NCBI GenBank assembly: GCA_964016885.1
Contig: OZ024740.1
Span: 402,256,001 to 402,320,000 of the forward strand
Length of the DNA: 64,000 bases
Direction: 5' to 3'
Source: Eledone cirrhosa
Lineage: Eukaryota
In this document: positions 63,629 through 64,000 of the stretch, piece after piece
Layout: the number at the start of each line of letters is the position of its first letter
How positions within the stretch are numbered: position 1 is the first letter of the stretch
The notes under the pieces: generated by a model
The model's input: the letters and a program-made list of their open reading frames with translations, nothing else
Database searches by the model: none
Told to the model about the DNA's origin: nothing
Program-made: the position numbers and the translations under genes

Positions 63629-64000
63629 TGCTTTCTTTATTGACCACAAGGGTTTACATAAAGTAGACATTAAGGACAGTACAGGACAATACAGGACGGT
63701 ACAAATGGCCATTTCAGCGTGTTTAAAAACAAGAAACAGAGTATGTAATAATAGAACAATGAAAAAATTCCCCAATAGCGGGGAGACTTCCGAGGCAAGT
63801 GCCCTCTCCCAGTTTTCCACCTTTAATTTACAGACACATACTCAGAGTAGGCCCATTCACTCGGGCTATTCTTGCCTCTCTCACCCATCTTTCAACAAAA
63901 TGCTGGGAAGAGAGCATTTCCCTTTCTACTCTGATTTTGCTTTTCAAATGAAATTTGAAAAAGTTAATCAAGGCATCACCGAAGAGGTAAGTGCTCGTCT
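63629..64000 (-). mobile_element. L1/Tx1 3' end, continuing beyond the window
   Basis: Homologous C-terminus, with a 3' UTR matching 58680-58790. Confidence 0.82.

Overview
AT-rich, microsatellite-dense animal genomic DNA, almost entirely repeat-derived. The abundant tRNA-derived SINE resembles the octopus SINEs as I recall them, so an octopod or other cephalopod host is likely; this is inference. No complete host gene is visible. The best host-coding candidate is one minus-strand Thr/Ser-rich exon with six 33-bp repeats. Mobile DNA includes two Penelope-like elements (PLEs) with RT plus GIY-YIG remnants (Neptune-like and Naiad-like), a CRE retrotransposon with a TSD, five L1/Tx1 pieces (one with its RT deleted), an R4/Dong fragment in (TAA)n, two RTE fragments, a DD37D (maT) transposon, hAT-, piggyBac- and Helentron-type non-autonomous elements, and about 14 SINE copies. 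A cluster of eight tRNA-Ala genes or pseudogenes lies at 55.7-58.5 kb. The most striking signal is RNA structure. More than a dozen type I hammerhead ribozyme (HHR) motifs from at least eight distinct short repeat families can be read by eye. They include a 319-bp tandem dimer resembling a non-LTR retrozyme, a U3-A8 compensated core, and a four-copy family with a CAGAAGA (U4A) core. Many sit in long palindromes. All folds and alignments were done by eye, so element boundaries are approximate.
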